From the human T2T-CHM13v2.0 reference genome, Homo sapiens, in NCBI RefSeq assembly GCF_009914755.1, contig NC_060928.1: a stretch of 64,000 bases of DNA. The stretch is one strand, 5' to 3'. A model generated the notes under the pieces. That model was not told the origin of the DNA. It saw nothing but the letters and a program-made list of their open reading frames with translations, and did no database searches. Positions within the stretch are counted from its first letter, which is position 1. Each line of letters opens with the position of its first letter. Shown in pieces: positions 1 through 17,150 of this stretch. Made by a program: the position numbers and the translations under genes.

Positions 1-2308
1 CTGAGACTGGGTAATTTATTTTAAAAAAAGTGATTTAATTGATTCAGAGTTCTGCATGACTGGGGAGGCCTCAGGAAACTTACAATCATAGTGGAAGGGG
101 AAGCAAACATTTCCTTCTTCACATGGTGGCAGGAGGGAGAAGTGCAGAATGAAGTTGGGAAAAGTGCATTATAAAGCCATCAGATCTTGTGGGAACTCAC
201 TCCCTGTCATAAGAATGGCATGGGGGACCATCCCCATGATCTAATCACCTCCCACGAGGTACCTCCCCCAACATGTGGGGATTACAATTCAAGATGAGAT
301 TTAGGTGGAGACACAGAGCCAGACTATATCATTCCACCTCTGATCTCCCAAATCTCATCTTTTTCACATTTCAAAACACAACTGTGCCTTCCCAACAGTT
401 CTCCAAATCCTTAACTCATTTCAACATTAACCCAAAAGTCAAAATCCAGAGTCTGATCTGAGACAAGGCAAGTCCCTTCCACGTCTGAGCTTGTAAAATC
501 AAAAGCAAGTAAGTTACTTCCTAGATACAATAGGGGTACGGGCACTGGATAAATACATCCATCCCAAATGGGAGAAATTGGCCAAAACGGAGGGGCTACG
601 GGCCCTATGCAAGTCTGAAATTTAATAAGGACGTCATTGAATCTTAAAGTTCCAAAATGATCTCTTTTGACTCCATGTCTCAAATCCAGATCATGCTGAT
701 GCAAGAAGTGGGCTCCCATAGCCTTGAGCAGCTCCTCCCCTGTGGCTTTGCAGTGTGCAGCCCTGCTCCTGGCTGTTTTCATGGGTCGGTGTTGAGTGCC
801 TGCAGCTTTTCCAGGTGCATAGTGCAAGCTGTTGGTGGATCTACCATTCTGGGGTCTGGAGGACAGTGACACTCTTCTTACAGCTCCACTAGGCAGTGTC
901 CCAGTGGTGACTCTGTGTAGGGGCTCCAACCCCGTATTTCCCTTCTGCACTGCCCTAGAAGAGGCTCTCCATGAGGGCTCTGCCACTGCTGCAAACTTCT
1001 GCCTGGACATCTAGGCATTTCCACACAGCCTCTAAAATCTAAGCAGAGGTTCCCAAACCTCAATTCTTGACTTCTGTGCACCTGCAGGCTCAACACCATG
1101 TGGAAGCTGCCAAGGCTTGGGACTTGCACCCTCTGAAGCCATAGCTCTAGCTGTACCTTGAGCACTTTTAGCCACAGCTGGAGCTGCTGGGATGCAGGAC
1201 ACCAAGTCCCTAGGCTGCACACAGCAAGGGGGCCCTGGGCCCAGCCCATGAAACCATTTTTCCATCCTAGTCCTCCAGGCCTGTGATGGGAGGAGTTGCC
1301 TTGAAGGTCTCTGACATGCCCTAGAGACATTTTCCCCATTGTCCTGGTGATTAACATTCAACTCCTTGTTACTTATGCAGATTCCTGCAGCAGGCTTAAA
1401 TTTCTCCCCAGAAAATGGGTTTTTCTTTTCTATTGCATTGTCAAGCTGCAAATTTTCCAAACTTTTATGCTCTGCTTCCTCTTGAATGCTTTGCCACTTA
1501 CTTAGAAATTTCTTCCTCCAGATACCCTAAATCATCTCTTTCAAGTTCAAAGTTTCACAGATCTCTAGGGCAGGGGCAAAATGCTGCCAGTCTCTTTGCT
1601 AAAGCATAGCAAGAAGACCTTTATTCCAGTTCCCAACAAGTTCCTTATCTCTATCTGAGACCACCTCAGCCTGGACTTCATTGTCCATATTACTGTCAGC
1701 ATTTTGGTCAAAGCCATTCAACTAGTCTCTAGGAAGTTCCAAACTTTCCCACATCTTCCTGTCTTCTGGGCCCTCCAAGTCTCTGGGAAGTTCCAAACTT
1801 TCCCACATTTTCCTGTCTTCTTCTGAGTCCTCCAAACTGTTCCAACCTCTGTCTGTTACCCAGTTCCAAAGTAGCTGCCACTTTTTTGAGTATCTTTACA
1901 GCAGGACCACACTACCTTGGTATCAATTTACTGTATTAGTCCATTCTCATGCTGCTATAAGGACATACCCAAGACTGGGTAATTCATAAAGAAAAGTAGT
2001 TTAATTGACTCACAGTTCTGCATGACCAGGGAGGCCTCAAGAAACTTACAATCATGGCAGAAGGGGAAGCAAACATCCTTCTTCACATGGTGACAAGAGA
2101 AAGAAGTGCAGAGCAAAGAGGGGAAAAGCCCCATGTAAAACCATTGGGATCTCATGAGAAATCACTCACTATCACAACAGCAGCATGAGGGGACCACCCC
2201 ATGATCAAATCACCTCCAATGAGGTCTCTCCTGTAACACAAGAGGATTACAATTCAGATTACAATTCAAGATAAGATTTGGGTGGGGACACAGAGTCAGA
2301 CCATATCA
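1..2308 (-). mobile_element. THE1-family (THE1C/D-like) MaLR provirus: LTR 1-331 (cut by window edge), internal 332-1931, LTR 1932-2308
   Basis: Two similar LTRs with THE1 termini (minus strand TGATATGG...ACTAATACA) flank a ~1.6 kb THE1-int. ORFs 411-1460 give typical THE1-int peptides (EKKNPFSGEKFKPAA, KPWQLPHGVEPAGAQKSRIEVWEP). Confidence 0.93.
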
Positions 2309-2370
2309 AGCCCTATCAGAGCAACATGAATTCTGCAAAAATTGAAACAAGAACAAACACAAAATGTATG

Positions 2371-2714
<344 letters not shown>

Positions 2715-3651
2715 TTACAAAATATTTATGAGGACAATGACCCAAAGAAATCAACAGTTTACAAGTGGACTACTTGTTGTAAGAAGGGTTGAGACAGTGT
2801 TGAATATTAAGTCCACAGTGGCAGACCATCCACATCAATTTGCAAAAAAAGAAAATTAACCTTGTTCATGTCTTAACTGAAGAGGACTGATGATCAATAG
2901 CAGGAGAAATAACCAACACCATTAGACATCTCAATTGGTTCAGCTTACACAATTCTGACTGAAAAATTAAAGTTGAGCAAACTTTCCACTCGGTGTGTAC
3001 ATAAACCAGCTGCAGGCAAGAGCAGAGCTTTCAATGGAAATTTTAAACAAGTGGGATCAAGATCCTGAGGCATTTCTTCGAAAAATTGTAACAGGACATG
3101 GAACACGGCTGAAGACAAAGCACAATCAAAGCAATGGCTACCAAGAGATGAAGTGGTCCAGTCAACGCACAGTGAACTGGGCCAGAGCAAAAGGTCATGG
3201 CGACATTTTTCTGCGGATGCTCAAGGCATTTTGCTTATTGACTTTCTGGAGGCCCAAAGAACAATAACATCTACATATTATAAGAGTGTTTCGAGAACAT
3301 TAGCCAAAGCTTTAGCAGAAAAATGCCTGGGATAGCTTCAGCACAGAGTCCTTCTCCACCATGACCATCCTCCTACTCATTTTTCTCATCAAACAAGGGT
3401 AATTTTGTGAGAGCTTCTATGGGAAATCATTAGGTATCCATCTTAAAGTCCCGTTTGGCACCTTTTAACTTCTTTTTGTTTCCTAATCTTAAAAAATCTT
3501 TCAAGGGCACCCATTTTTCTTCAGTCAATAATTTTAAAAAGACTGCATTGACATGGTTACATTCCCAGGACCCTCCGTTCTTTAGGGAGAAACTAAATGA
3601 AGGGTATCTTTGCTGGAGCTTATGTTCAGAAATAAAGTTTATATATATATA

Positions 3652-4232
<581 letters not shown>

Positions 4233-4261
4233 CCCAAGAACTTTTTGAAGTCCTCTTGTAC

Positions 4262-4625
4262 ACACAACAAAATATTATTCAGTCTTAAAAAGGAAGGAAA
4301 TTCTGACACATGCTACTACCCTGAGGATATTATGCTAAATGAAATAAACCAGTCACAAAAAGACAAGTATTGTTAAGTCCATTTATATGAGGTATCTAAA
4401 GTAGTCAAATACATAGAAACAGAAAGTAAAACAGTGATTTCCAGGCATGAGGGGGAGGGCAAAAAGGGGAGTTGTTTTTCAATGGTTATAGAGTTTCAGT
4501 TTTACGAGATAAAAAGTTTTGTAGATCTGTTTCACAGTCACGTGAATATACTTAGCACTACTAGATTGTTCACTTGGAAACGGTTAAGATGGTGAATTTT
4601 ATGTGTTTTTTACCACGATTTTTAA
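4262..4625 (+). mobile_element. Old L1 (L1MA/MB-type) 3' UTR fragment
   Basis: TATTATTCAGTCTTAAAAAGGAAGGAAATTCTGACACATGCTAC and TATGCTAAATGAAATAAACCAGTCACAAAAAGAC are L1M 3'-end motifs. Confidence 0.85.
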
Positions 4626-4924
4626 AAGCTTTAAAATTTAGTATACATAGCAAAGGAATAGAGAATAAAGTAAATATTGTCATAATCTTACAGGCTAGAA
4701 ATAATTAGCATTATTGGTATGTGTTCTTCCATACTTTTTTCCCTATGAATAGACACATACATACACAAACACACATATTTATTTCAATTAAATATGAGAT
4801 CACACTATACCCACTTAATAATTGAAAAGGATATCTTTTCACTGTAATAAACATGTTTTCATGCTCCATTTTAATAGCTGCAGAGTTTTTTACATATTAG
4901 ATGTGTGGCAGCGTAAAACTTTGG

Positions 4925-6064
4925 CAGCAGTTCTCAAAATTTCTGATCCCAGGAACCATTTACACTATTACAAATTACTGGGGATTCCAAAGAGTTTTTT
5001 TCACATGGGTTACATCTGCAATATTTGATGCACTAAAAATTAAAACTGAGACATTTAAAAAATATTTGTTAAATAATTAAGAGTAACTATAACAAATACT
5101 TTTTTTCTTTTAGAGACAGGATCTTGTTCTGTTACCCAGGCTGAAGGTCAGTGGCATGATCATAACTCACTGTAACCTCAAACTCTTGGGCTCAAGCAAT
5201 CCTCTCACCTCAGCCTTCCAAGTAGCTAGGACTGCTGTCAAGTACCATCACACCTGGCTTATTTATGTATTTATTATTTTACTTTAAAGTTCTGGGACAC
5301 ATGTGTAGAACATGCAGGTTTGTTGCATAGATATACATGTGCCATGGTGGTTTGCTGCATCTATCAACCTGTCATCTAGGTTTTAAGCTCCGCATGCATT
5401 AGGTATTTGTCCTAATGCTCTCCCTCCCCTAGCTCCCACACCCCCCGACAGGTACCGGAGTGTGATATCTCCCTGTGTCCATGTATCCTCATTGTTCAGC
5501 TCCCACTTATGAGTGAGAACATGCCATGTTTGGTTTTCTGTTCCTCCTGGCTAATTTTTAAAAAACATCTTTTGTAGAAATGGGGGTCTTGCTATGTTGC
5601 CAAGGCTGGTCTCGAACTCCTGGCCTCAAGTGATTCTCCTGCTTTGTCCTTCCAAAGTGGTGGGATTACAAGCATGAGCCACTGCACCTGGCCATAAACA
5701 CATTTCATATTAATATAAATAGCATATTTTTATTAAAAAAACTATGTTTAAAACAAGAAAATCAGCGAGAAAAGTAGCATTGTTTTATCTGCAAATCACT
5801 TTAGTGTCTCACTTAACAAAAGGCGGCTGGATTCTCACTTAACAAAAGGTGGCTGGATTCTTACATGAATATCAACATTAAATTTGTTACATCATAATAC
5901 ATCATGTAGTGTCTGGAAAATCGCACTGTCCTCTCAGGAGAGAATGAGGGTGAAAGGAACAAATGACATTTTAATATTATTATGAAAAGAGTTTTGACTT
6001 CACAGACCCCTTGCAGGGGTCTCCAGACTCTTAGGAGGTCTGTGGACCACATCTTAGGAATTGT
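4925..6064. mobile_element. hAT-Charlie MITE (MER119-like) holding an antisense AluJ (5100-5693), itself split by an antisense L1PA 3' end (~5262-5545)
   Basis: CAGCAGTTCTCAAA start and GGACCACATCTTAGGAATTG end. The L1 3' UTR fragment is flanked by duplicated CCTGGCT. Confidence 0.75.
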
Positions 6065-6490
6065 TTTAGAGATGTTACTCTATGTCCCTTTTTTCTTTCT
6101 AGTCTTCTTTTTTGAACAAGTAGCAAGCTTGGCTCATTGTTTCAAATGTAGGATGTGACACAGCGGGGCAAAAAAAAAGCAGAGAACAAGCTTTTATTTT
6201 CAAAAGCCTAAACCTAAATCCATTAAGATTCTGTGAGGTGCCTCAGAGTTAACACCTCACCACGGTGCAGTTTCCTAACCTACTGCACACCTTGACACAC
6301 ATAGAAAATGACAGCATTTGTAGAGCACTCTGGGAAAGCTGATGCTTTCGAGGGAATCCGCACACCCTTGGTGTAAAATACATTTTGTATGTTATATAAT
6401 TATGATAAGAAGCATAAAATACAGGCCACACGTTTGCTAAATATTTTATTTGTAAACAACCTCCAAATGCTGTTTCTTACATTTTCTTAA

Positions 6491-6817
<327 letters not shown>

Positions 6818-7369
6818 TAACTATTTAATATTCAGTGTATTTGAAATGTCTGTCCACCATCTTAATTAATGATTTTCAATAATCTCTTCAAATTCCTAAT
6901 AAAAACTTTGCTCATGCAAGTAGGTAATAAACAATTTAAAAAATTTTAACAGTTGTATTTATTAAAAGAATCTCACAGCAATTCCTTTCTTTCATGAGAA
7001 AGATAATGTTGACCCAGAGTCAAATCTTAAAAAAGACAATGTTGAAATTTTTTGTGATAAAGTAAATGAATTTTAGATACAATTGAACATTTTCACATTA
7101 CATATTGTAAAATAGTGATGAAGCTGCAATTGACAGAAAGGGCTTGCCGATGGCCGAGGGGCAGGTGGACCAATAGATGTTCCAGGTGATACCTGGGTGG
7201 ACAGATGAGTGGAAGATCACTTCCTCCTGTCATCTGCCTGCTCCTGGCCTCACTCCTGACATGCATCACTCCTCAGCACTGTGCAAGTGCCCCAGAACTC
7301 AGACACAACCCTGCAGAACAGGGAAACATTTTAAGTTTTCTATCATTTCTATCCTCTTATTATAATAAA

Positions 7370-8810
7370 AATTGTAAACATACATAAAAGTTTGTAACCA
7401 CCACCTAGATTCTACAATTAACTATGTGTCTATCCATTCAATCATCCCTCTCTCTATTCATCAATCTATCTTATTTTTTTAAATTGAGATACAATTCTCA
7501 TAGCATAAATTCACCATTTTAAAGTGTACAATTCAGGGGTTTTAGTATATTCACAAGGTTGTGCAACCATCAATACTATCTAATTCCGTAACATTCTCAT
7601 CACTCCAAAGAGAAACTCCATATCCATTAGCAGTAATTCTTACTTGCTATCTACCTTCTGTCTTTATGGATTTGCCTATTCTGGACATTTCATACAATAT
7701 GTATCATTTTGTGTCTGGCTTCTTTCACTTTGCACAATGTTTTCAAGGTTATGCTATGTTATAGCATAAACCAGTACTTTATTCCTTTTTGTGGCTGAAT
7801 AATATTCCATTTATATGGATATACCACTTGTATTTGTCAATTTATCAGTTGATGGACATTTGTGCTGCTTCTGCTCTTTGGCTATTATGTGTAATACTCC
7901 TATGAACATTCATGTACAAGATTTTCAATTCTTTTGGATATATACCTAGGAGTGGAATTGCCAAGTCATATAACTCTACGTTTAACATTTTGAAGAAATA
8001 TCAACCTGTTTTCTACAGTGACTATACCATGTTATAATCCCATCAGCAATATATGAGGGTTCTATTTTCTCCACGTCCTCACCAACACTTATTATCGTGT
8101 GTCTTTTTAAATTATATCCATCGTAGGGAAGGAAAAATTTTCTTCTACCTACTTAGGTTCTGTGACTGGGCCTAATACTTAAACTGACATAAGATGGATC
8201 GATAGGAGAAAAGCATATAAGTTCATTCAATATGTTTACATGTACATAGGAGTCTTCACAAGGGTAATGAAGACCCAAAGAAGCCACTGGGCCCTAAAGC
8301 TTATATGCCTTTGTCCACAAAGAATACTAAATTAGTGGAGATGTAACAAGACAAAGGGGCTCGGGCTAGAGCAGTAAATTGTGGTATAGAGATTAGGAAA
8401 TATGAGTAAATTAGTGGAAGATAAAAGCTATTTTAGTATGTTCAGAATTGTACAGATCCTTTTCAGGGTAACTCTTAGTTTCTGTTGATAAGAATGTTCT
8501 TTTCTTCCTGCTACAAGGAGGACAACTTTCTCACAGGAAGCTTTATCATCTGCTATTTGGTGAAAAAAAAAAGCGGGGGGAGATCAGAGAATTCCTACAT
8601 CTGCTGTTACTCAAGTGCTTTTAGTTCAAAATAATCAATATGCAAAAGTGGTATATTTTGGTGCATTATGTTCTGAACTCTTTTACCAAGTTGATATCTT
8701 ATTGTGGTTTTGATGTACATTTCCCTAGTGAAAAATGATGCTGATCTTTTCATATGCTTATTGGTCATTCTTCTTTGGGGGAAATATCTATTTAAATTAT
8801 TTGTTGACTA
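7370..8810 (-). mobile_element. Old L1M 3' region interrupted by an ERV1-class (MER34-like) LTR at ~8123-8685
   Basis: Antisense L1M 3' motifs (CATTTTAAAGTGTACAATTCA, ATACCTAGGAGTGGAATTG) on both sides of an LTR-like block (GAGAAAAGCATATAAG, AATGAAGACCCAAAGAA). Confidence 0.75.
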
Positions 8811-8913
8811 TCTTATTTTTTGAAATATTTGAATATCTATAAGCTGTAGACCTTAGTATACTTTACCCTCAAAGACCGCAACATTCAGGCCAGGTGCAGT
8901 GGCTCACGCCTGT

Positions 8914-10785
<1,872 letters not shown>

Positions 10786-10939
10786 CCGTAATCATAATCT
10801 CAGCGCTTTGGGAGGTTGAGGTGGGAGGATTGCTTGAGCCTAGGAGTTCAAGGTTAGAGTGAGCTATGATTGCACCACTGCACTCCAGCCTGGGTGATAG
10901 AGTGAGACCCTATCTCTAAGCAAAGAAAAAAAATAAAGA

Positions 10940-11775
10940 CTTCAACATTCGTATTATGAACTAGAGTTCGACATTTGTTTATGGTTCTTTTTGCTTTTAG
11001 GTAAAATTTACCTACAATAAAATATACAAATCTTGAGTGTAACATTGGATGAGTTTTGACAAATTCATAAATCCAAATGTCTATCACTCCAGAAAGTCCC
11101 TTTAAGCCCTTTCCCAGTAAATCCCCGCCCCCATACCCAGAGGCAAGCACTGTTCTGACTTTGTCCATCATAAATTAGTTTAGCTTGCTCTAGAACTTGA
11201 AGAGGAAGAAGAATTACAGGTTACACACTCTTTGTGTTAAGTTCTTTTTACTCAGCACAGTGTTTTTTGAAATTAGTTCAGGCTATTGAATGTATCTGAG
11301 TTTATTCATTTTTTTCTAAGTAGTTTCCATTGCGTGAATATATCATAGCTTGTTTATCTATTTTCCTATTGATGGGCATGTGAGGTTGTTGACAAGTTTT
11401 GGTATTATGAATAAAGCTGCTAAGAACATTCTTATCTCACTCTTTTTGTAGAGCTATGTTTTCATTTCTCAAGGGTAAATAACTAGGAGTGGAACTTCTG
11501 AGTCATAGGATTGGTATGAAACTGCCAAAAGTTTTTCCAAAGTGGTTGTATCATTTTACACTCCCATGAACAATGTATGAGAGCTCTCGTGGTTCCATTA
11601 GACCAACACTTCATGTTGCCAGTTTTTAAAATTTTAGCCATTCTGGTGGGTGTATAATCCACCTCATCGTGGTTTTCTTTTTCATTTCTATGATGACTAA
11701 TAATGTTCTTTATGTGCTTATTTGCCATTTGAATAGGTTCCTTTATGAAATGACTGTTGAATTTTTTGCTAATTG
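10940..11775 (-). mobile_element. Old L1M (L1MC/ME-type) ORF2 end and 3' UTR
   Basis: ORF 11483-11815 gives decayed ORF2 C-terminus (HFIKEPIQMANKH, YTPTRMAKI, WECKMIQPLWK). Confidence 0.85.
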
Positions 11776-11955
11776 GATAACATTTTAACATATATAAGGG
11801 TTGTATACCCTTCAAGATAGCAAAAATTTAAAAAGAATTCAGAATTCTGTGAATTCAGATACATAAATATCTACAGAGCCAAAGAAATGCAAAGTGCATT
11901 GGCACAATGGGCCAGTCTAAGTGGGGTGTCAGAGTTCTGTAAGTTGCTTTACGAA

Positions 11956-12295
<340 letters not shown>

Positions 12296-13156
12296 TTATG
12301 ACTCTCATGGGCTCTGGGCACTTTTGCCTTTGTGGGAAAATGAATTAGAAATTATATTTTAGCACTGCATTGGTATACAGATAAACATAATCCAAATGGA
12401 TTCAATGTTATATGTGCATTATTATTTTATTAATTTTTGTCCTGATTTAAAAAGAAATAAAAATTAGAACACATTTGTGGGCATCTGTAAGTATTGTAGG
12501 CTCTAGACACTATGCCCTTCTGCCTAATTCTGAGTAAGTCAGCCCTGTAAGTGACCATGCCCCTTTTAAGGTATGGCATGAAAAACTATAGAAATTACAA
12601 AAGGGACTTCAACCTAGGTCAGGCTTGTGAGGAAAGCCATCCTGGAGGTCTGCAGTCCAGGCCTAATGTCCTAGCTAAAACCTCTGGTTGTTCTGCAAGA
12701 ATGTGGAATGACATAATCTTTTCCTTGGTGAGTAAGCATCTTTCAACCTCAGAGAGGATTAAGTATAGGAATGTTTACCAGAAATTTCACCTATACTTGA
12801 ATATTTTGGGGTTAAAGAAACTGTACATGTTTGATATGGAAACATTTAAGAGAATTTGGCCGATTAGAGTAATACTTTAGCTTTGTAATTCTTAAGTGTG
12901 TAATTGAGCAATTGATTTAGCTCATGATTTTAAGTTGAAATATTATTGGTTTAATTTATTAGATATTAACTTACCTAAGAAAATGGGAAAGTTTTGTTTA
13001 AGCAGTACTTGAAAGGAAAATCAAATATGTTAAATGTATAAATATAGTTGGAAATATTTAAGGAAATTTACTCAAATTAACCTTTGTTCTTTAAAGTAAG
13101 TGTTGAAATTGTCTAGATTTATAAGGAGTATTACATGTTTTTAAAACCGTGACTTC

Positions 13157-13562
<406 letters not shown>

Positions 13563-14322
13563 TCACCCATGTGGACATAGGGAAAAAAAAAACCCTTGCA
13601 CTAACAATATATGTGCCACAGTGGATCTGCTTTAGATAAGCAGTGAGGAGGGCAGGTTGCAGAAAGCATCGATACCAGGAACTGTGTGAGAATAGGAGCC
13701 TGCTCCTCTTGCCCAAAGCTCACATTGCCATTTTTTGGTTTCAGTCCCAAACTCAAACTTAGCTTGAGCTGTGAATTTATCTGTGAATTCATACGGTACC
13801 TGCCCTAAATACTGACACCCAAATGTCAAAGCACTGTGTCAATCAATTTGCTATTATCATCTTTCTGTAAAAGACACTTTAAAACTTACCATCAGTACCT
13901 GATCTTTCAAATAGGGTTCCACCTTGGCCCAGACTCTCTGCTTTTGCATTATTTATCCAGCTATTTATTCCTCCCAGATTCTTCTTTGTACTCCCTGGGT
14001 ACAAATTAGTGCTTTTGGAAATAACCTCAAATTTTTCGGTCACTAGGGTCCCATTGACCCTCATTTACCGGAATAATAATTTCTTAAATGGTGCCCTAGT
14101 GGCCTGAATAAATGGATGCCCCTTTCAAATGGCCTAATTTGCATGCTGAGCACGATTTAGCCACCAAGCAACATCTAGAGTTCTGTTTTTATTTATCTCA
14201 TTAATTAACTTTCTAGTTACTTTGATAACTATTTTCAGAGTAGCCACATCATCTTGCTTGCATAAGGGAAACACTAAAGCCACTGAGCTAATGTGGGCTA
14301 TTTTAAGTTGCTATATGAGAAC

Positions 14323-15700
14323 ACAGTGGTTCCCTCAGTATCCGTGGTGGTTAATACTGAGTGTCAACTTGATTGGAATGAAGGATGCAAAGTATTGATC
14401 CTGGGTGTGTCTGTGAGGGTGTTGCCAAAGATTTGTGTTAGCGAGCTGGGAAAGGCAGACCCACCTTTAATCTGGGTGGGCACCATCTAATCAGTTGCCA
14501 GCGTGGCTAGAATATAAAGCAGGCGAAAAATGTGAAAAAACGAGACTGGCCTAGCCTCCCAGTCTACATCTTTCTCCCGTGCTGGATGCTTCCTGCCCTC
14601 GAACATCGGACTCCATGTTCTTCAGTTTGGGGACTCGGACTGGCTCTCCTTTCTCCTCAGCGTGCAGATGGCCTATTGTGGGATATTGTGATCATGTGAG
14701 TTAATACTTAATAAATTCCCGTATATATATATCCTATTAGTTCTGTCCCTCTAGAGGACCCTGACTAATACAGTATCCATGGGGGGACTGGTTCCAGGAC
14801 CCCCATGGATACCAAAATCCCTGATGCTTAAATCCCTAATATAAAATGGTGTAGTATTTGCATATAACCTATCTACATCCTCCTGCATGCTTTAAATTGT
14901 CTGTAAATTACTTATAATTCCTAATACAGGCCAGGCACCATGGCTCATGCCTGTAATCCCAGCACTTTGGGAGGCTGAGGCAGGAGGATCACTTCAGACA
15001 AGGAGTTCAAGACCAACCTGGGCAACAAAACCAGATCCTGTGTCTACAAAAACATTTAAAAATTAGCTGTGTGTGTTGGCTTGCACCTGTAGTCCTAGCT
15101 TCTCAGGAGGCTGAGGTTAGAGGATCCCTTGAGCCCAGGAGTTCGAGGCTGCCATGAGCCATGATTGTATCACTGTACTCCAGACTGGGTAATTGAGAGA
15201 GACCCTGTCTCAAAAATAAAAAAATTTAAAAAAAGAAAGAAAGGAAAAAGATAATACCTAATACAATCTGAATGCTATGTAAATAGTTGTTATACTATAT
15301 TTGCATTTGCATTTTTTTTACTGATATATTGTTATTTTGATTTTTTTTTTTTTAAACAGTCTTGCTCTGTTGCCCAGGCTGGAGTGGCATGATCTCGGCC
15401 CACTGTAACCTCTGCCTCCTGGGTTCAAGTGATTCTTGTGCCTCAGCTTTTCCAGTAGCTAGGATTACAGGTGCATGCCACCACTCCCAGCTAATTTTTG
15501 TATTTTTAGTGGAGACGGGTTTTCACCATGTTGGCCAGGCTGGTCTTGAACTCCTGACCTCAAGTGATCCACTTGCCTCGGCCTCCCAAAGTGCTGGAGT
15601 TACAGGCATGAGCCACCGCGCCTGGCCTTTTTCTTAATATTTTTGATCTGCAGTTGGTTGAATTAGGTCAGCTGCTTTGTTGATGTGGAGGGGCAAGTGT
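14323..15700. mobile_element. MER2 (Tigger MITE) fragmented by an MLT2A LTR and two Alus (14929-15235 +, 15340-15628 -)
   Basis: CAGTGGTTCCCTCAGTATC joins to CATGGGGGGACTGGTTCCAGGACCCCCATGGATACCAAAATCC; later pieces at ~15250-15340 and ~15630-15700. Confidence 0.8.
14343..14772 (+). mobile_element. MLT2A (HERV-L) solo LTR
   Basis: (T>C)GTGGTGGTTAATACTGAGTGTCAACTTGATTGG start, CCCTGACTAATACA end, 5-bp TSD GTATC. Confidence 0.92.
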
Positions 15701-16799
15701 ACATATTCATATGCAAAGAGCACCACTTTGTAAATGTGAAGGTCATGGTCTTCCTATATGCGGTTTAACAGTTACATTAATTTCACATTAAACTTACAAA
15801 GTCTTTGTTCTCTGGGGTATTGTCACCCAAATGCTCTGGTATGTTTGCCTCTGCTTCCTGCCTCCAAGAACTGCTCCTCCCACCAGTCCACAGAGTTCAT
15901 TTCTGTGCGGTTGATTCTGTGCATTTGTTCTATGTGATAGCCACTGTTTCCTGGTCACAGCTGATGGACCAAGAATGGGAATCTAATTTAAGCTCGGTCG
16001 CTGTTTTCTGGGAAATTGAGACAGACCCAGGAGAGTACCTATTGATATGCAAATGCCAGGCCTTGTAAATGGGTTTCTGAGGCTACTATTTTGGTGCTGT
16101 CATCATCCCTCACATGACATATCTGTAGAGGCCAAGGAGCCCATTTGCAGAGAGAGAAAGGGAAGCAGCTAGGCCTAGAAAATCAAAGGTAGATAATGGC
16201 CTAGTAGCCTGGGGGAGACAAAGCAGCTGGTTTCTGGTAGATTTCTGGTTCCTGGTGCCAGTCCCTTGTGAACCTGAGAGTATATTCTGCCTTGGGATCT
16301 ATGAAATACCCCTGCATTTTACAATAAAGCCTCCATTTCATCCTAGGTTACTTCACTTGGATTTCTCTTACTTGTAATCCAAAGAACTCTGACTAGGAAG
16401 TAAAGGCAATTTACTAAATATTAGTCACAGAATCTGAATCTTTAAAAAAATTAACTTATTTAGAAGAAAAATAGTGCAATAAGGATTATGGACCAAACAG
16501 TTTCATTAAGTTTTACCAGATTAGGGTTTCCTTTCCCAGCTCAAAGCAAATAAAGTGTTCAACCAAAAAAACCAAACTGAACCTGTATAGAGATAACCAC
16601 ATTGCAATTTTCCCTTCATATACTCAGAAACTTTTACTTTCCCGTGGAGATCCATGAATTCTATAACAGACTCTGCTTAACAGCTCAGTTCGGCATTTAA
16701 TGAGCATGTAATAGATTGTGCCAATAGTGGGGATATGAAATGACTAAGAATGGTCTCTGGCCTCTAGAGGGAGTGTCCAACACATAAATAGAGAATGTC

Positions 16800-17150
16800 A
16801 GTGCCATAGACTGAATGTTTGTGTCCCCCTAAAAATCATATGCTGAAACCCAATGCCCAAGGGGATGATATGAGGAGGTGGGGAAATTGGAAAATGATTA
16901 GGTCATGGGGGCAGAGCCCTCATGAATGGGATGAGTGCCCTTAGAAAAGGGATCCAGAGAGCTCTCGTACTCCTTCCACCATGTGAGGACATAGTGAGAA
17001 AGTGTCATCTATCCATCCATTCACCAGACATTGACTCTGCCGGCACCTAGATCTTAGACTTCCAACCTCCAGAGCTGTGAGCAGCAGCTACTGTTTATAA
17101 GCCTCCCAGTCAATGGTACTTTGTACTTGTCACAGCAGCCTGAACTAAGT
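16800..17150 (+). mobile_element. MLT1A-like MaLR LTR
   Basis: GACTGAATGTTTGTGTCCCC...CAGCAGCCTGAACTAAG consensus-like sequence. Confidence 0.8.

Noticed and set aside
5807-5862. 26-bp tandem duplication (a similar ~32-bp one lies at ~25098-25164)
   Set aside because: Simple local slippage duplications of two units; not an array.
12750-12950. Plus-strand frame FHLYLNILG...FDMETFKRIWPIRVIL*L...AH, resembling the GREB1 TAGT motif FNLYHAMDG...YEMAIYKKYWPNHIMLVL...AAH
   Set aside because: Wrong strand and wrong order for the minus-strand model without extra rearrangements. AT-rich, and by a rough estimate within chance for this search space. Worth rechecking in the profile search.
15798-15880. 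Minus-strand gtaagt donor at 15797 with open upstream frames
   Set aside because: The upstream part runs into an old LTR remnant and the frame cannot be determined.
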